Shown here in pieces: positions 45,935 through 54,486 of a stretch of DNA of 59,663 bases. Under the pieces are notes generated by a model. That model saw nothing but the letters and a program-made list of their open reading frames with translations, searched no databases and was not told the DNA's origin. The first letter of the stretch is position 1. Every line of letters starts with the position of its first letter. Position numbers and translations under genes: made by a program. Origin of the DNA: Myxococcales bacterium (GTDB lineage Bacteria > Myxococcota_A > Polyangia > Polyangiales > Polyangiaceae); assembly GCA_003154095.1 (NCBI GenBank), contig PMCK01000061.1:1-59663 (forward strand), given 5' to 3'.

Positions 45935-48658
45935 ATGAATCAGATCTCAAGCGACTTGCAAGCGCTGATGAACGAGTTTTCGAATGAGCAACCGGGGTAC
46001 TGTAGTTACAAGAATTTCCTGGAAAGCGTGCTACAAAGGGCGTGCATGCGCTTCGACCCGCTTGCCATCGTGCAAGCGCGAGTCAAAAAAGCGAGGTCCT
46101 TCGCCGAGAAGTGTGTCCGCAAAAAGTACGAGGAGCCGTTCAAAAGAATGACCGACCTCTGCGGCGCGAGGGTCATCGTTCGATCCAAACACACGGTGCC
46201 CCTGGTAGGGCGATTCATCCGCGACAATTTCCTTGTCGACGAGGCCAATAGCGCCGACATGGCTGGACGACTGGGAGCCGCTGAATTCGGATACGGCTCT
46301 CTGCACCTTGTCGTTCAGGTTCCCGAAGACATCGAAAGCCCCTCTCAAGCCAAGATAAGGCGCAATGGCCTCCCTTTGACGGGCCAGGAGAGGCAATGGC
46401 TTAAGGAGCTCAATCAAGGCCACCCTAGAAAAGCGGAGATCCAAGTACGCACACTCTTGCAGCACGTCTGGGCCGACGTCGTGCACGACCGCATTTACAA
46501 AACCAAGCTAAGAATACCTCCACGCTATGCACGTGTGGCGTCACGTCTTGCAGCCCTGCTCGAGGAGGCTGACAACAGTTTGGGCTCGTTGAGCGAATCG
46601 ATTGACGCTTACCAGGTGGACTACGGCGCCCACATGACGAAAAACCAGCTAGCTGATGAATTCAGTACGCTTCAGCTGCTTGCTAGAATGGCTGAGTCGA
46701 ACTTCAACTCGACGCCAACACCTAGTCGAGCCGAGGTTGACTCGGGGCCACGCGTGCCGTCAATCCAAGAAGTGGACTCGGCCGAAATAGCGACTCTGCA
46801 AGATCGAGGGGAGCTAGCCTTGCGGCTGGCGAAGGTAGCGAAATCAGCAGGCGATTGGGACAGTGTTATCGAAGTATCGGAACCGTTCCTCGCTCGCGCC
46901 GAGATCCTAGAGCGCGACGAATTGAGGCTCGAACATGGCTACGCCCTGTGCAAAAGACACGAGGAACATCCACTTGGTCCCGAATTCAAGCGGGGTTGCG
47001 ACGAACTACGCAAAGTCAAAGATGAGCCCGCGCTTGAGCGCACGGAACTCAAGGCGCGAGCTCTGGCCGCGCTCGCCTGGTCCGAACGCAAGCGTGCGCA
47101 GCCCGCTTCGCTTCGAGAAGCGCGCAATCTTAACCGTGAAGCCCACGCTTGTTCGCCGGGAAATCCATATATCCTCAAGGAATTCCTCGAATGCGAGCTG
47201 CGTTTGACTCAGAGGGTCGAGTCTATCGATCTGCTTGGACCAGAAATAGTGCGTGCAGTCGAAAAATGTGCCGAGCATGCGGAAGTAGGTATCGAACTCC
47301 CTTATGCCCACTTTACAAGTGGAAAGTTAAATGTGCTCGCCAAGCGAACGCAAGAGGGAATGCTTGCTTACGTGCGAGGAATTGCAAGTAGCAGCACTTC
47401 CTATGCTCTCGAGGAAGAGCTGGCATCCGTCGAAGCACTCGAAGACAGTCTTGGTAGCGACCTCAGGCAGCTGGAACAGGTTCGTCTTCTATTGCTCCTA
47501 GGCATTGCCGCCAAGGAGCACGTCGGCCTCAAAAGCAGGATTAATGTCAGGGAAAAGCTGGAGGCGACGTTTGATTGTGTCTTCGATCGCGTGACAAGAC
47601 TCAGAGGGTCAGAACTGCTTCCCAGCTTGACGCCGCTAACGCCGCCCATCATTGCCGTTGTAGGGGGAGCCGCCGCGCGGTTCGAGATCGAGATCGAGCC
47701 ATATCGCGAAATGCTCCGACACGCGTGCTTTCAATTCAAAGGGACAGTCTTTTCGGGTGGCACCATGCAGGGCATCCCCGGACACGTCGGAGAGATTGCA
47801 AAGGACGCGGCACAAGGGGGAAAGCTACAAGCATTTGCATACATTCCGCGCCTGCTACCCGAGGATGCCACACCACACGACGGCTATCGCGTGTTCGTCA
47901 TCGAGGGAACGGAAGGTTTCACGTATCGCGAACCCATGCAGAGTTGGGCCCATGTGCTGTTGTCCGGAGCGAGTCCCAAGGACGTTCGCATACTTGGCAT
48001 TGGAGGCGGACCAATAGCAAAATTTGAATTCCACCTGGGACTTGCCCTGGGAGCCACGGTCGGCATTCTGGCCAACAGCGGTCGCGCTAGTGAGGAGCTT
48101 CTCAAGGAAGAACCCTGGTGGCCAGCCGGCGCGGTACTCGCTCTACCCAATGATCGGAATGTTGTGCGAGCGTTCCTCCATTCGGGTGAACTGCCGTCCC
48201 TCAACACGTCGCCAGTAAGCACCGCCTACCTACCAGCAGCAAAAAAGGTGCACGATTTCTTTGTGCAGGACTCGCAGGCCCAGCAGGAGCCCGCTAGCTG
48301 GGAATCCCTTTCGCCCGATTTTCAATTGTCCAACATTCATCAGGCTATTTATGCCGAGAAGATACTCCGTGGCTGCGGATTCACGGTACACAAGCGGGTG
48401 GCAGACAGCAGCCCCGTCCTATCATTCGAGACCAATGAGATCGAGAGGATGGCGGCCATGGAACATGGGCGCTGGGTCTTCGAACGCCTACGTCAGGGTT
48501 GGCGTTACGGAGCGGTCCGTGACAACACCAAGAAAGTGCACCCACTGCTAGTTGGTTGGGAGCAACTCCCCCTCGTGGAGCAAGAGAAGGATCGTAACGC
48601 AGTGCGCCGCTTTCCAGAAGTGCTACGGGAAGCTGGGTTCGAAATTAGTAGGGTATGA
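45935..48658 (+). CDS. RelA/SpoT-homologue synthetase domain - helical/TPR region - SLOG (LOG/TRPM-N-like) domain - RyR domain
   Basis: RVKKARSFAEKCVRKK, MTDLCGARVIVRS and AEIQVRTLLQHVWADVVHDRIYK (RSH synthetase). IIAVVGGAA...VFSGGTMQGIPGHVGE...ILGIGGGPIAKFEFHLGLALGATVGILANSGRAS (SLOG). IERMAAMEHGRWVFERLRQGWRYG...KVHPLLVGWEQLPLVEQEKDRNAVRRFPEVLREAGFEI (RyR). Confidence 0.85.
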   Translation: MNQISSDLQALMNEFSNEQPGYCSYKNFLESVLQRACMRFDPLAIVQARVKKARSFAEKCVRKKYEEPFKRMTDLCGARVIVRSKHTVPLVGRFIRDNFLVDEANSADMAGRLGAAEFGYGSLHLVVQVPEDIESPSQAKIRRNGLPLTGQERQWLKELNQGHPRKAEIQVRTLLQHVWADVVHDRIYKTKLRIPPRYARVASRLAALLEEADNSLGSLSESIDAYQVDYGAHMTKNQLADEFSTLQLLARMAESNFNSTPTPSRAEVDSGPRVPSIQEVDSAEIATLQDRGELALRLAKVAKSAGDWDSVIEVSEPFLARAEILERDELRLEHGYALCKRHEEHPLGPEFKRGCDELRKVKDEPALERTELKARALAALAWSERKRAQPASLREARNLNREAHACSPGNPYILKEFLECELRLTQRVESIDLLGPEIVRAVEKCAEHAEVGIELPYAHFTSGKLNVLAKRTQEGMLAYVRGIASSSTSYALEEELASVEALEDSLGSDLRQLEQVRLLLLLGIAAKEHVGLKSRINVREKLEATFDCVFDRVTRLRGSELLPSLTPLTPPIIAVVGGAAARFEIEIEPYREMLRHACFQFKGTVFSGGTMQGIPGHVGEIAKDAAQGGKLQAFAYIPRLLPEDATPHDGYRVFVIEGTEGFTYREPMQSWAHVLLSGASPKDVRILGIGGGPIAKFEFHLGLALGATVGILANSGRASEELLKEEPWWPAGAVLALPNDRNVVRAFLHSGELPSLNTSPVSTAYLPAAKKVHDFFVQDSQAQQEPASWESLSPDFQLSNIHQAIYAEKILRGCGFTVHKRVADSSPVLSFETNEIERMAAMEHGRWVFERLRQGWRYGAVRDNTKKVHPLLVGWEQLPLVEQEKDRNAVRRFPEVLREAGFEISRV

Positions 48659-48665
48659 GGGCAGT

Positions 48666-51600
48666 TCATCCGCAACCAGGTGTCGGCACGCCCTCCCGAC
48701 AAACAATGGATCCGCCGCCAGGCAGGCCAATGCTCTGCAATTGCCCGTGCGATCCATAACTGTAGCGTGTCGTATGCCCAAGCGCGTCGCGCACCGACAC
48801 CACGCGAGCGCGATCGTCGAGCCCGTAGGTCGCGCTGGCACCGGTCGAGGTGCGCAGGGTGATCTCGCGTCCGCGGATTTCCAGGGCTCGGCGCTCACCA
48901 CCGCGCAAGATCTCGATCTCGGCGAACTCACCGTCTAGCGTGTACTTCATGTTCGAGACTGCGCCATCAAGCGATTCGACTCGCACAGGCCTGCCCTCTG
49001 TGTCGCGGGCGATCCCCTGGGCCGCCGCGGACGGGGCTGCCGGAATCGCACTCGCATCGGAGCGTCCCAGGGAAAGGGATTTGCTCGGATCCGTTTCGTT
49101 GTCGCCAGGCGCAAGCCGCGAGTATTGCACCACTCGACCGTCAGCATTGCGCACGAAGCGCTCTTCGTATCCGCCTTGATACCGGACACTTTCAAGACCA
49201 TTGGCGCTATATGAAAAGTTTGCGTAGGTCTGTCCGCCGACGAGGATCTCCGTAAGCTTGCGGTCGGGCAGGTATTTGAACTCTGTCTTCGAGCCCGTCG
49301 GGCTCTCCAATTGGGTGATATCGCCCTGAGCCGAAAATGCGACAACACCACGACCGCCACCAGGCAATGTCGTTGTCACGCGACTTAAGTGGCCCCCATC
49401 GTAGTCATAGTCAACCGCCGAACCATTCTGCCGGGCGACGTGTTTCATGCGCAGTTTGGTGTCGTAAATTGTCGTAAGCGCGTCGCCTGTCTCGGTTCGT
49501 GTGACGGTGAGCTGCTGGCCCTGCATCTCGAACGTCTGGCGCGACGACAAGGAGTCTCCAGTGTTTTGCTCGATCATCCTCCCGAAGGCGTCGAATTGCC
49601 TCTTCTCCGCGACCTGGCTGTCGAGTGTGACCTCGACTGGGTGATGATGCTCGTCATAGCGATAGCCAAGCGCCCGCGCGCCTCGCACGGCGCTTAGATT
49701 GCCTGATGCGTCGTAGGCATACTCCACCCTTCGATCACCTCCGGCGACAGATAGAAGGCGCCCCGACGCGTCTCGCTCGAAACGAACCGTGAGGCGGTGT
49801 TCGCCCCGACTAAGTTCGATCGAGTCGATTCGACCGTCACGCCGGTACGAATATATTGCTTTTGCCTCGCCACGAAACAGTGCGCGAAGTCGCCCAGTCA
49901 AATCAAACAAACCCTGGTCACCTCGGGCCCAAAAGACGCGAAAAAGATTGTTCCCTTCAGGATAAACACCGCGAATCTCAGCTGCTTCGGACTCGCTCGC
50001 AAAACCGACGCGCTTTAGGGCCATGTCGGCAAATGGCCGAGTGAACCGAATCGCAGCCTTGCCGTCGGTGAGAGTGAAATGGTGCTCCACAATCGAACCC
50101 ATTCCTTCAAATGCGATGGTTCGCTGTGTGTGCTCGGGCGTGCCCGGCGGGGCTTCGAAGCTAAGGCGCAGCACCCGAAGCGACCAACCGTAGCCAAGCT
50201 CGGTTTTCGGATTTTGTGACGACGAATAGAAGCGAGTGAGACCTGGGAGACCTTCGAGTTCGCGGGCCCAGGCAGGGACGGAAAAGTCGCTGACAGCGGT
50301 CTCGTAGGTCCCGAGTTCCGCGACGTCGTTCGTCGGCAATACGGCTGCAACTTGATCACGCCCACCCACCTGAACCTTGGCGACGTCCAACACGGCGAGC
50401 GGCGTTGCGTCTACCGCGGCGAGCACGGAAGTCATCGCGGTGTCGACGTCTGGTGAAATTGCCATAGCCAACTTCGGCTGCATGTCTACCCCGCCGATAG
50501 CATTCACCCGCCGTATCGCATTGCTCGATCTACTCTCGATTTCGTTGTACGCCGAGGGCGTCGCGCTCGGCGTTGGGTAGGGCTCCGCCAGGACCTGCGC
50601 AACGAAACCCCAGTCAGCGGGCACTTTTTGCTCCTTTAGCCAGCGAGCGAGTGCCACGGCTTGCGTTACCAGTTTGAGCTCGGCGAAGATTGGCTGCTCC
50701 TTCGCAAACTCGTCATAGTGTTCACTGAAGTGACGAGCGAAGGCCTCGGCAAGCGGGTCCTGTACGCCGCCGGCGGAAACCAACTTGCCGCCAGCCCATC
50801 GCATCGTTTCGGTCTTGATGTGCATGCGGATAGGATCGAAAAATATCCCGTCCTTGCCAACGCGTGCGGTCACCGGCTCAGGCACGAGCCAGAATCGGCT
50901 CCAGAGGCCATTGGCTCCGCCATTGGTCTCAAGCTGCCGAGCCGTCACACTTTGGTAACCTGGAACACCGGAAGAGAACTGGGCGCGCGTAAGATTGTCC
51001 CGACCAACTGACATCGCTTTCATCACACGGTCAGCCTCGAACATGACGCCCCCGAGCGACGTGTATTCCGTTCCGCCGAAGAAGCGAACCATCATTACCG
51101 GACCCCGCGGATCTCCGGGGTTGGGGTCGATAGTCATGCCCGGAGCCTCGGGGCTCGGCGTGTACACAGCGCGAATCGCGGCCGCCAGGTACTCGGGTTT
51201 CATGGGTGGCAGCGTGTGCTGTCGATCACCAATGAGGACCAAGCGACCCGAAGCGTGATCGAACATTGCACCCGTGATGTTTCCGAGATCGCCAAGGATT
51301 TTAGCAGTTTGGTCGAGGTACACGCCGCCAACGAGGGGGGAAGCGGACCCGCTGGGAGGCGGAGGCGGAGGCGGGGGAATAAACAAATTCCGCGTACGGT
51401 TGAATGCACCAGCCCCAATTGGGTCGAGAACTGCCACATAGTCGAGAGGATCGCGAGCCGACTCTATCTTCTGCACGAAACGGGCAGACAGCGTTTGAGG
51501 GATCTGGCTTTGCCAGATCTCGCGACCAAGCTTGTAAAATCCTTGGTAGCGCATCAAATCTTTACCAAGGTCCCCACGACCGAGCCAATCTTTTTGTCCT

Positions 51601-53630
51601 ATCCAGATGCCAGCGAGCTGGTCGGCCCCCTTCAGTAGCGCTTTGGTGTCGTTCCCGTGCTCGTGATAGTACCACATATCGTTAATTGCCAGGGCACTAT
51701 TGAGTGTTCCGAATGGCACTTTGAGCGGAGGTATGAGTGAGAGTCCACGCACTACTGCACGTATTCCGTGCTGGTAGGGTGTGTCCGCGTAAAACAACTC
51801 GCCCGACTTCAGACTTTGAGCCGCCATCCCCGGGAGTATCTTCCACCAGCGATTCGCAGAGTCGTCAACCAAGGGGTAGCGCGGCGGCGCCAGCGTAAAC
51901 GAAGAAAGGCCCGTGAATGACGACTCTGAGTTCTTCGAGATCCAGGGCGGGGGTATGTAGCGCGTGTCCAATGCCGGAGGCAAAACCGCCGGTCGGAAAA
52001 GCTGCATTGACGGGAGCTCGCGGTGCAAACTCAAGATTCGCCAGAGCTCGCGATTGGGATCGTAGTACGTGGGAGGTGGCGGCGGGGGCTGCCAAGATTG
52101 AAGACCCGTCGGGTCGGCACGATTGACCGGATCATTCTCACAATAGGCGTAACGATTTAGAGACTGCGGGCTTTCGAGCGATGGGGGATGAGGATCCTGC
52201 GAGATAAAACGGCCGATTGCCGGATCGTAATAGCGATGGCGCAGGTACAAAAGCCCGGAATCGGCGTCCCAAGCCTCGCCCGTGTAGAGATACGGTCCCG
52301 CAACGGAGCCCTCAATGCGGGTAGGTTTCCCAAATTCGGAGTAATCGTAGCGCGCTACTACGTCACCCTTCTCGTCCGCGATGACGCGCGTCGAACCCAA
52401 CTGATCTTCCAGGTAAAAGCTGACCGCACCGCTCGCATCGCGATGCCCGACGCGCGAAAGCCCGAGAATATCGTGCGTGACCTTACCTTTCCCGTCGTGC
52501 TCGGCGATCACTTGCGGCACGGGAGCGACGGAATCGTAGAGGTAGTAGGTGCGTACGTCGCCCAAAGAGCGCTCAGCACGCACGCCATCCGCGCGGTATC
52601 GATAGCGCAGGGTTGCGGCGTTCGTGCGCACCGCGATGAGCCGCTGATCGCCGTCCCATTCGTAGCGAGTCGTACCGCCCGGACCGGCTCGAGTGATAAT
52701 CCGCCCCGCTCCGTCGTAGTCGAAACGCTCATTCCCGACCCGGACCAGCCGCCCCCGTTCGTACTGGTAGTTGAGCGTCCCATGCGCGTCCTTCCGAGAC
52801 AGCAGGTTTCCGTCAGCGTCATACGCGAGCTCCACGTCACCATCGGACCCGATCACGTGAGACAACCTGCCGAGCACGTCGTACTGATACTTACGGGTCG
52901 TGACGCCTTTCGACGTTTCCTCGTCCGTCTGAGTGACTCGCCCGTCGGAATCACGTGCGTAGCGAAGTTCGAGAACCGGCGATCCGTCTGCGCGCTCGTG
53001 GCGAATGAGTGCCATCTGACCGGACTCGTCCCTTCGGAAAATGCTCTTGATGCCGTTCGACAGCCGTCGAACGACTTCCCGTTGCACCATGTTGTATTCG
53101 TATGTAACCGTGAAGCCCGTGCTGGCTACTTCCGTTAATCGTTGCGAGACGTCGTAGCGATATGAAAGCTTGCCGCCCCCCGGAAGGCCGATGTCGCGCA
53201 CCGAACCCCAGGGATCGTAGCCATAGACCAGACGCATCCCTTGTGGGCTCGTCACCGACGCGATCGATCCGAAGTCATCCCATTTCAAAGTCGTGCGACC
53301 CGTCTCGTCGTCCATCGATGTCAGGCGCAGCGAGGCATCGTGCTCGAAGCGAACGCTACGTTTCGCGGGGTACTTCCAGTTCGTCCAGCGCCCCTTGCGC
53401 GAATAGCGAATCTCATTGAGGAGCCCTGCGGAGTCGTAACCATAGCGCTGAATCTCGCCCACTCCGGTGTCCAGGAGCTCAAGCCGCCCGGACGTGCCGC
53501 GACGTTCACGGGGGGAACCGAAGCGAGGCAAACCGTAGTCCGCGACAATGACAGTGACGAACACGAGCCCCAATCCTAGGGCGAGTAGGGCCACGGCGCG
53601 CGCGCGTGACTGGAACTTAATCTCCTTCAT
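48666..53630 (-). CDS. Atypical Rhs/YD-repeat protein: TM anchor, short YD block, Rhs core motif, ~700-aa unknown region flanked by poly-Pro, second YD block
   Basis: ATG 53630 follows AGAGGAAG (the ORF-track TTG at 53642 lies inside that RBS). AVALLALGLGLVFVTVIV. YD units (YGYDSAG, YEYN, YQYDVLGR, YDADGNL...). LYLRHRYYDPAIGRFISQDP ... NDPVNRADPTGLQ. PPPPPP and PPPPPPPP tracts. More YD units follow (YAYDASGNL, YRYDEHHH, YDYDGGH...). Confidence 0.85.
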   Translation of the reverse strand: MKEIKFQSRARAVALLALGLGLVFVTVIVADYGLPRFGSPRERRGTSGRLELLDTGVGEIQRYGYDSAGLLNEIRYSRKGRWTNWKYPAKRSVRFEHDASLRLTSMDDETGRTTLKWDDFGSIASVTSPQGMRLVYGYDPWGSVRDIGLPGGGKLSYRYDVSQRLTEVASTGFTVTYEYNMVQREVVRRLSNGIKSIFRRDESGQMALIRHERADGSPVLELRYARDSDGRVTQTDEETSKGVTTRKYQYDVLGRLSHVIGSDGDVELAYDADGNLLSRKDAHGTLNYQYERGRLVRVGNERFDYDGAGRIITRAGPGGTTRYEWDGDQRLIAVRTNAATLRYRYRADGVRAERSLGDVRTYYLYDSVAPVPQVIAEHDGKGKVTHDILGLSRVGHRDASGAVSFYLEDQLGSTRVIADEKGDVVARYDYSEFGKPTRIEGSVAGPYLYTGEAWDADSGLLYLRHRYYDPAIGRFISQDPHPPSLESPQSLNRYAYCENDPVNRADPTGLQSWQPPPPPPTYYDPNRELWRILSLHRELPSMQLFRPAVLPPALDTRYIPPPWISKNSESSFTGLSSFTLAPPRYPLVDDSANRWWKILPGMAAQSLKSGELFYADTPYQHGIRAVVRGLSLIPPLKVPFGTLNSALAINDMWYYHEHGNDTKALLKGADQLAGIWIGQKDWLGRGDLGKDLMRYQGFYKLGREIWQSQIPQTLSARFVQKIESARDPLDYVAVLDPIGAGAFNRTRNLFIPPPPPPPPSGSASPLVGGVYLDQTAKILGDLGNITGAMFDHASGRLVLIGDRQHTLPPMKPEYLAAAIRAVYTPSPEAPGMTIDPNPGDPRGPVMMVRFFGGTEYTSLGGVMFEADRVMKAMSVGRDNLTRAQFSSGVPGYQSVTARQLETNGGANGLWSRFWLVPEPVTARVGKDGIFFDPIRMHIKTETMRWAGGKLVSAGGVQDPLAEAFARHFSEHYDEFAKEQPIFAELKLVTQAVALARWLKEQKVPADWGFVAQVLAEPYPTPSATPSAYNEIESRSSNAIRRVNAIGGVDMQPKLAMAISPDVDTAMTSVLAAVDATPLAVLDVAKVQVGGRDQVAAVLPTNDVAELGTYETAVSDFSVPAWARELEGLPGLTRFYSSSQNPKTELGYGWSLRVLRLSFEAPPGTPEHTQRTIAFEGMGSIVEHHFTLTDGKAAIRFTRPFADMALKRVGFASESEAAEIRGVYPEGNNLFRVFWARGDQGLFDLTGRLRALFRGEAKAIYSYRRDGRIDSIELSRGEHRLTVRFERDASGRLLSVAGGDRRVEYAYDASGNLSAVRGARALGYRYDEHHHPVEVTLDSQVAEKRQFDAFGRMIEQNTGDSLSSRQTFEMQGQQLTVTRTETGDALTTIYDTKLRMKHVARQNGSAVDYDYDGGHLSRVTTTLPGGGRGVVAFSAQGDITQLESPTGSKTEFKYLPDRKLTEILVGGQTYANFSYSANGLESVRYQGGYEERFVRNADGRVVQYSRLAPGDNETDPSKSLSLGRSDASAIPAAPSAAAQGIARDTEGRPVRVESLDGAVSNMKYTLDGEFAEIEILRGGERRALEIRGREITLRTSTGASATYGLDDRARVVSVRDALGHTTRYSYGSHGQLQSIGLPGGGSIVCREGVPTPGCG

Positions 53631-53728
53631 ACTTCCTCTCAACTTGGCACCAAAGTCGCTCCCTCAGCGATTCTCACGTTACACCACAATTCCGTGCTTG
53701 CCTGACAATTTCTTGGTAAGACTAACCC

Positions 53729-54190
53729 ATGGTAACCACGCTCCTGGATGCAATCAAGTTGGCCATTGAATGCCATGATAATGCGCTCGATAAAGAAGGA
53801 ATGGAACCATACATATTGCATTCGTTACGCGTAATGCTCCGGCAAAATACGGACCACTCACGCATGGCTGCAGTCCTACACGATACACTCGAAAACTCAG
53901 GATTGACGGCGGAGCAGTTAAGTGAGCGCGGCTACCCTGAACCCGTGATCGAAGCATTACGCCTACTCACCAGAACTTCACCCGACGACTATGATAACTA
54001 CATAGATAACCTCGCGACAAACCCAATCGCGCGCAAAGTGAAGCTAGCCGACCTTGAAGACAACATGAACGTCACACGGCTACGTTCACTGGACAAACAC
54101 GCGCACAACCGACTCGATAAATACCTCCGATCTTGGTGGAAGCTGCGTGCCATCGATATGGAAAGTGACACTCAGCCGGGAAGAGCTTAG
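53729..54190 (+). CDS. Small HD-domain protein of the RelA/SpoT hydrolase type (small alarmone hydrolase-like)
   Basis: AIECHDNALDKEGMEPYILHSLRVM, MAAVLHDTLENSGLTAEQL, VIEALRLLTR and KVKLADLEDNMN follow the H..(x)..PY..H / LHD..E(D) / KlAD..dN pattern. The usual ED pair reads EN here. Confidence 0.75.
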   Translation: MVTTLLDAIKLAIECHDNALDKEGMEPYILHSLRVMLRQNTDHSRMAAVLHDTLENSGLTAEQLSERGYPEPVIEALRLLTRTSPDDYDNYIDNLATNPIARKVKLADLEDNMNVTRLRSLDKHAHNRLDKYLRSWWKLRAIDMESDTQPGRA

Positions 54191-54486
54191 ACTTGCGTGG
54201 CCATGCCTTGCCTGCTGGCGCCGAACTGGAAGAGCCCGTTGCATCTGCGCGTCTGGAACATGTCGAACTGAACTGGCAACACGAACACGAGAGGAACTCA
54301 TCATTAGCGGCTCCACAAGAGGCGGAATGCCATGGCCCGACGACACTCGGAAGCACCACGGGAATACATTTGGCTCTGCCTAGGTGAAGTCTGCGCCATC
54401 ATCCCCCAACCTCCCCTGACGCCAACGCATGATACAATCTCCCTCCACACGTCGCTGCCGCAAAATCCAAGTGCCGCTCACGACAA

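Noticed and set aside
48659-48665. Expected bidirectional terminator between the convergent RSH and Rhs genes
   Set aside because: Only 7 nt separate the stops and no stem-loop is visible in the flanking ~40 nt, so no terminator is called.
52188-53138. 316-aa plus-strand ORF
   Set aside because: Antisense to the first YD-repeat block of the Rhs gene, and the YD periodicity is only coherent on the minus strand.
53729-54190. HD hydrolase as the cognate immunity protein of the Rhs toxin
   Set aside because: Rhs immunity genes normally lie immediately downstream of the toxin end (here near 48.6 kb), whereas this gene is upstream and divergent. The link to the RSH synthetase is more parsimonious but also unproven.
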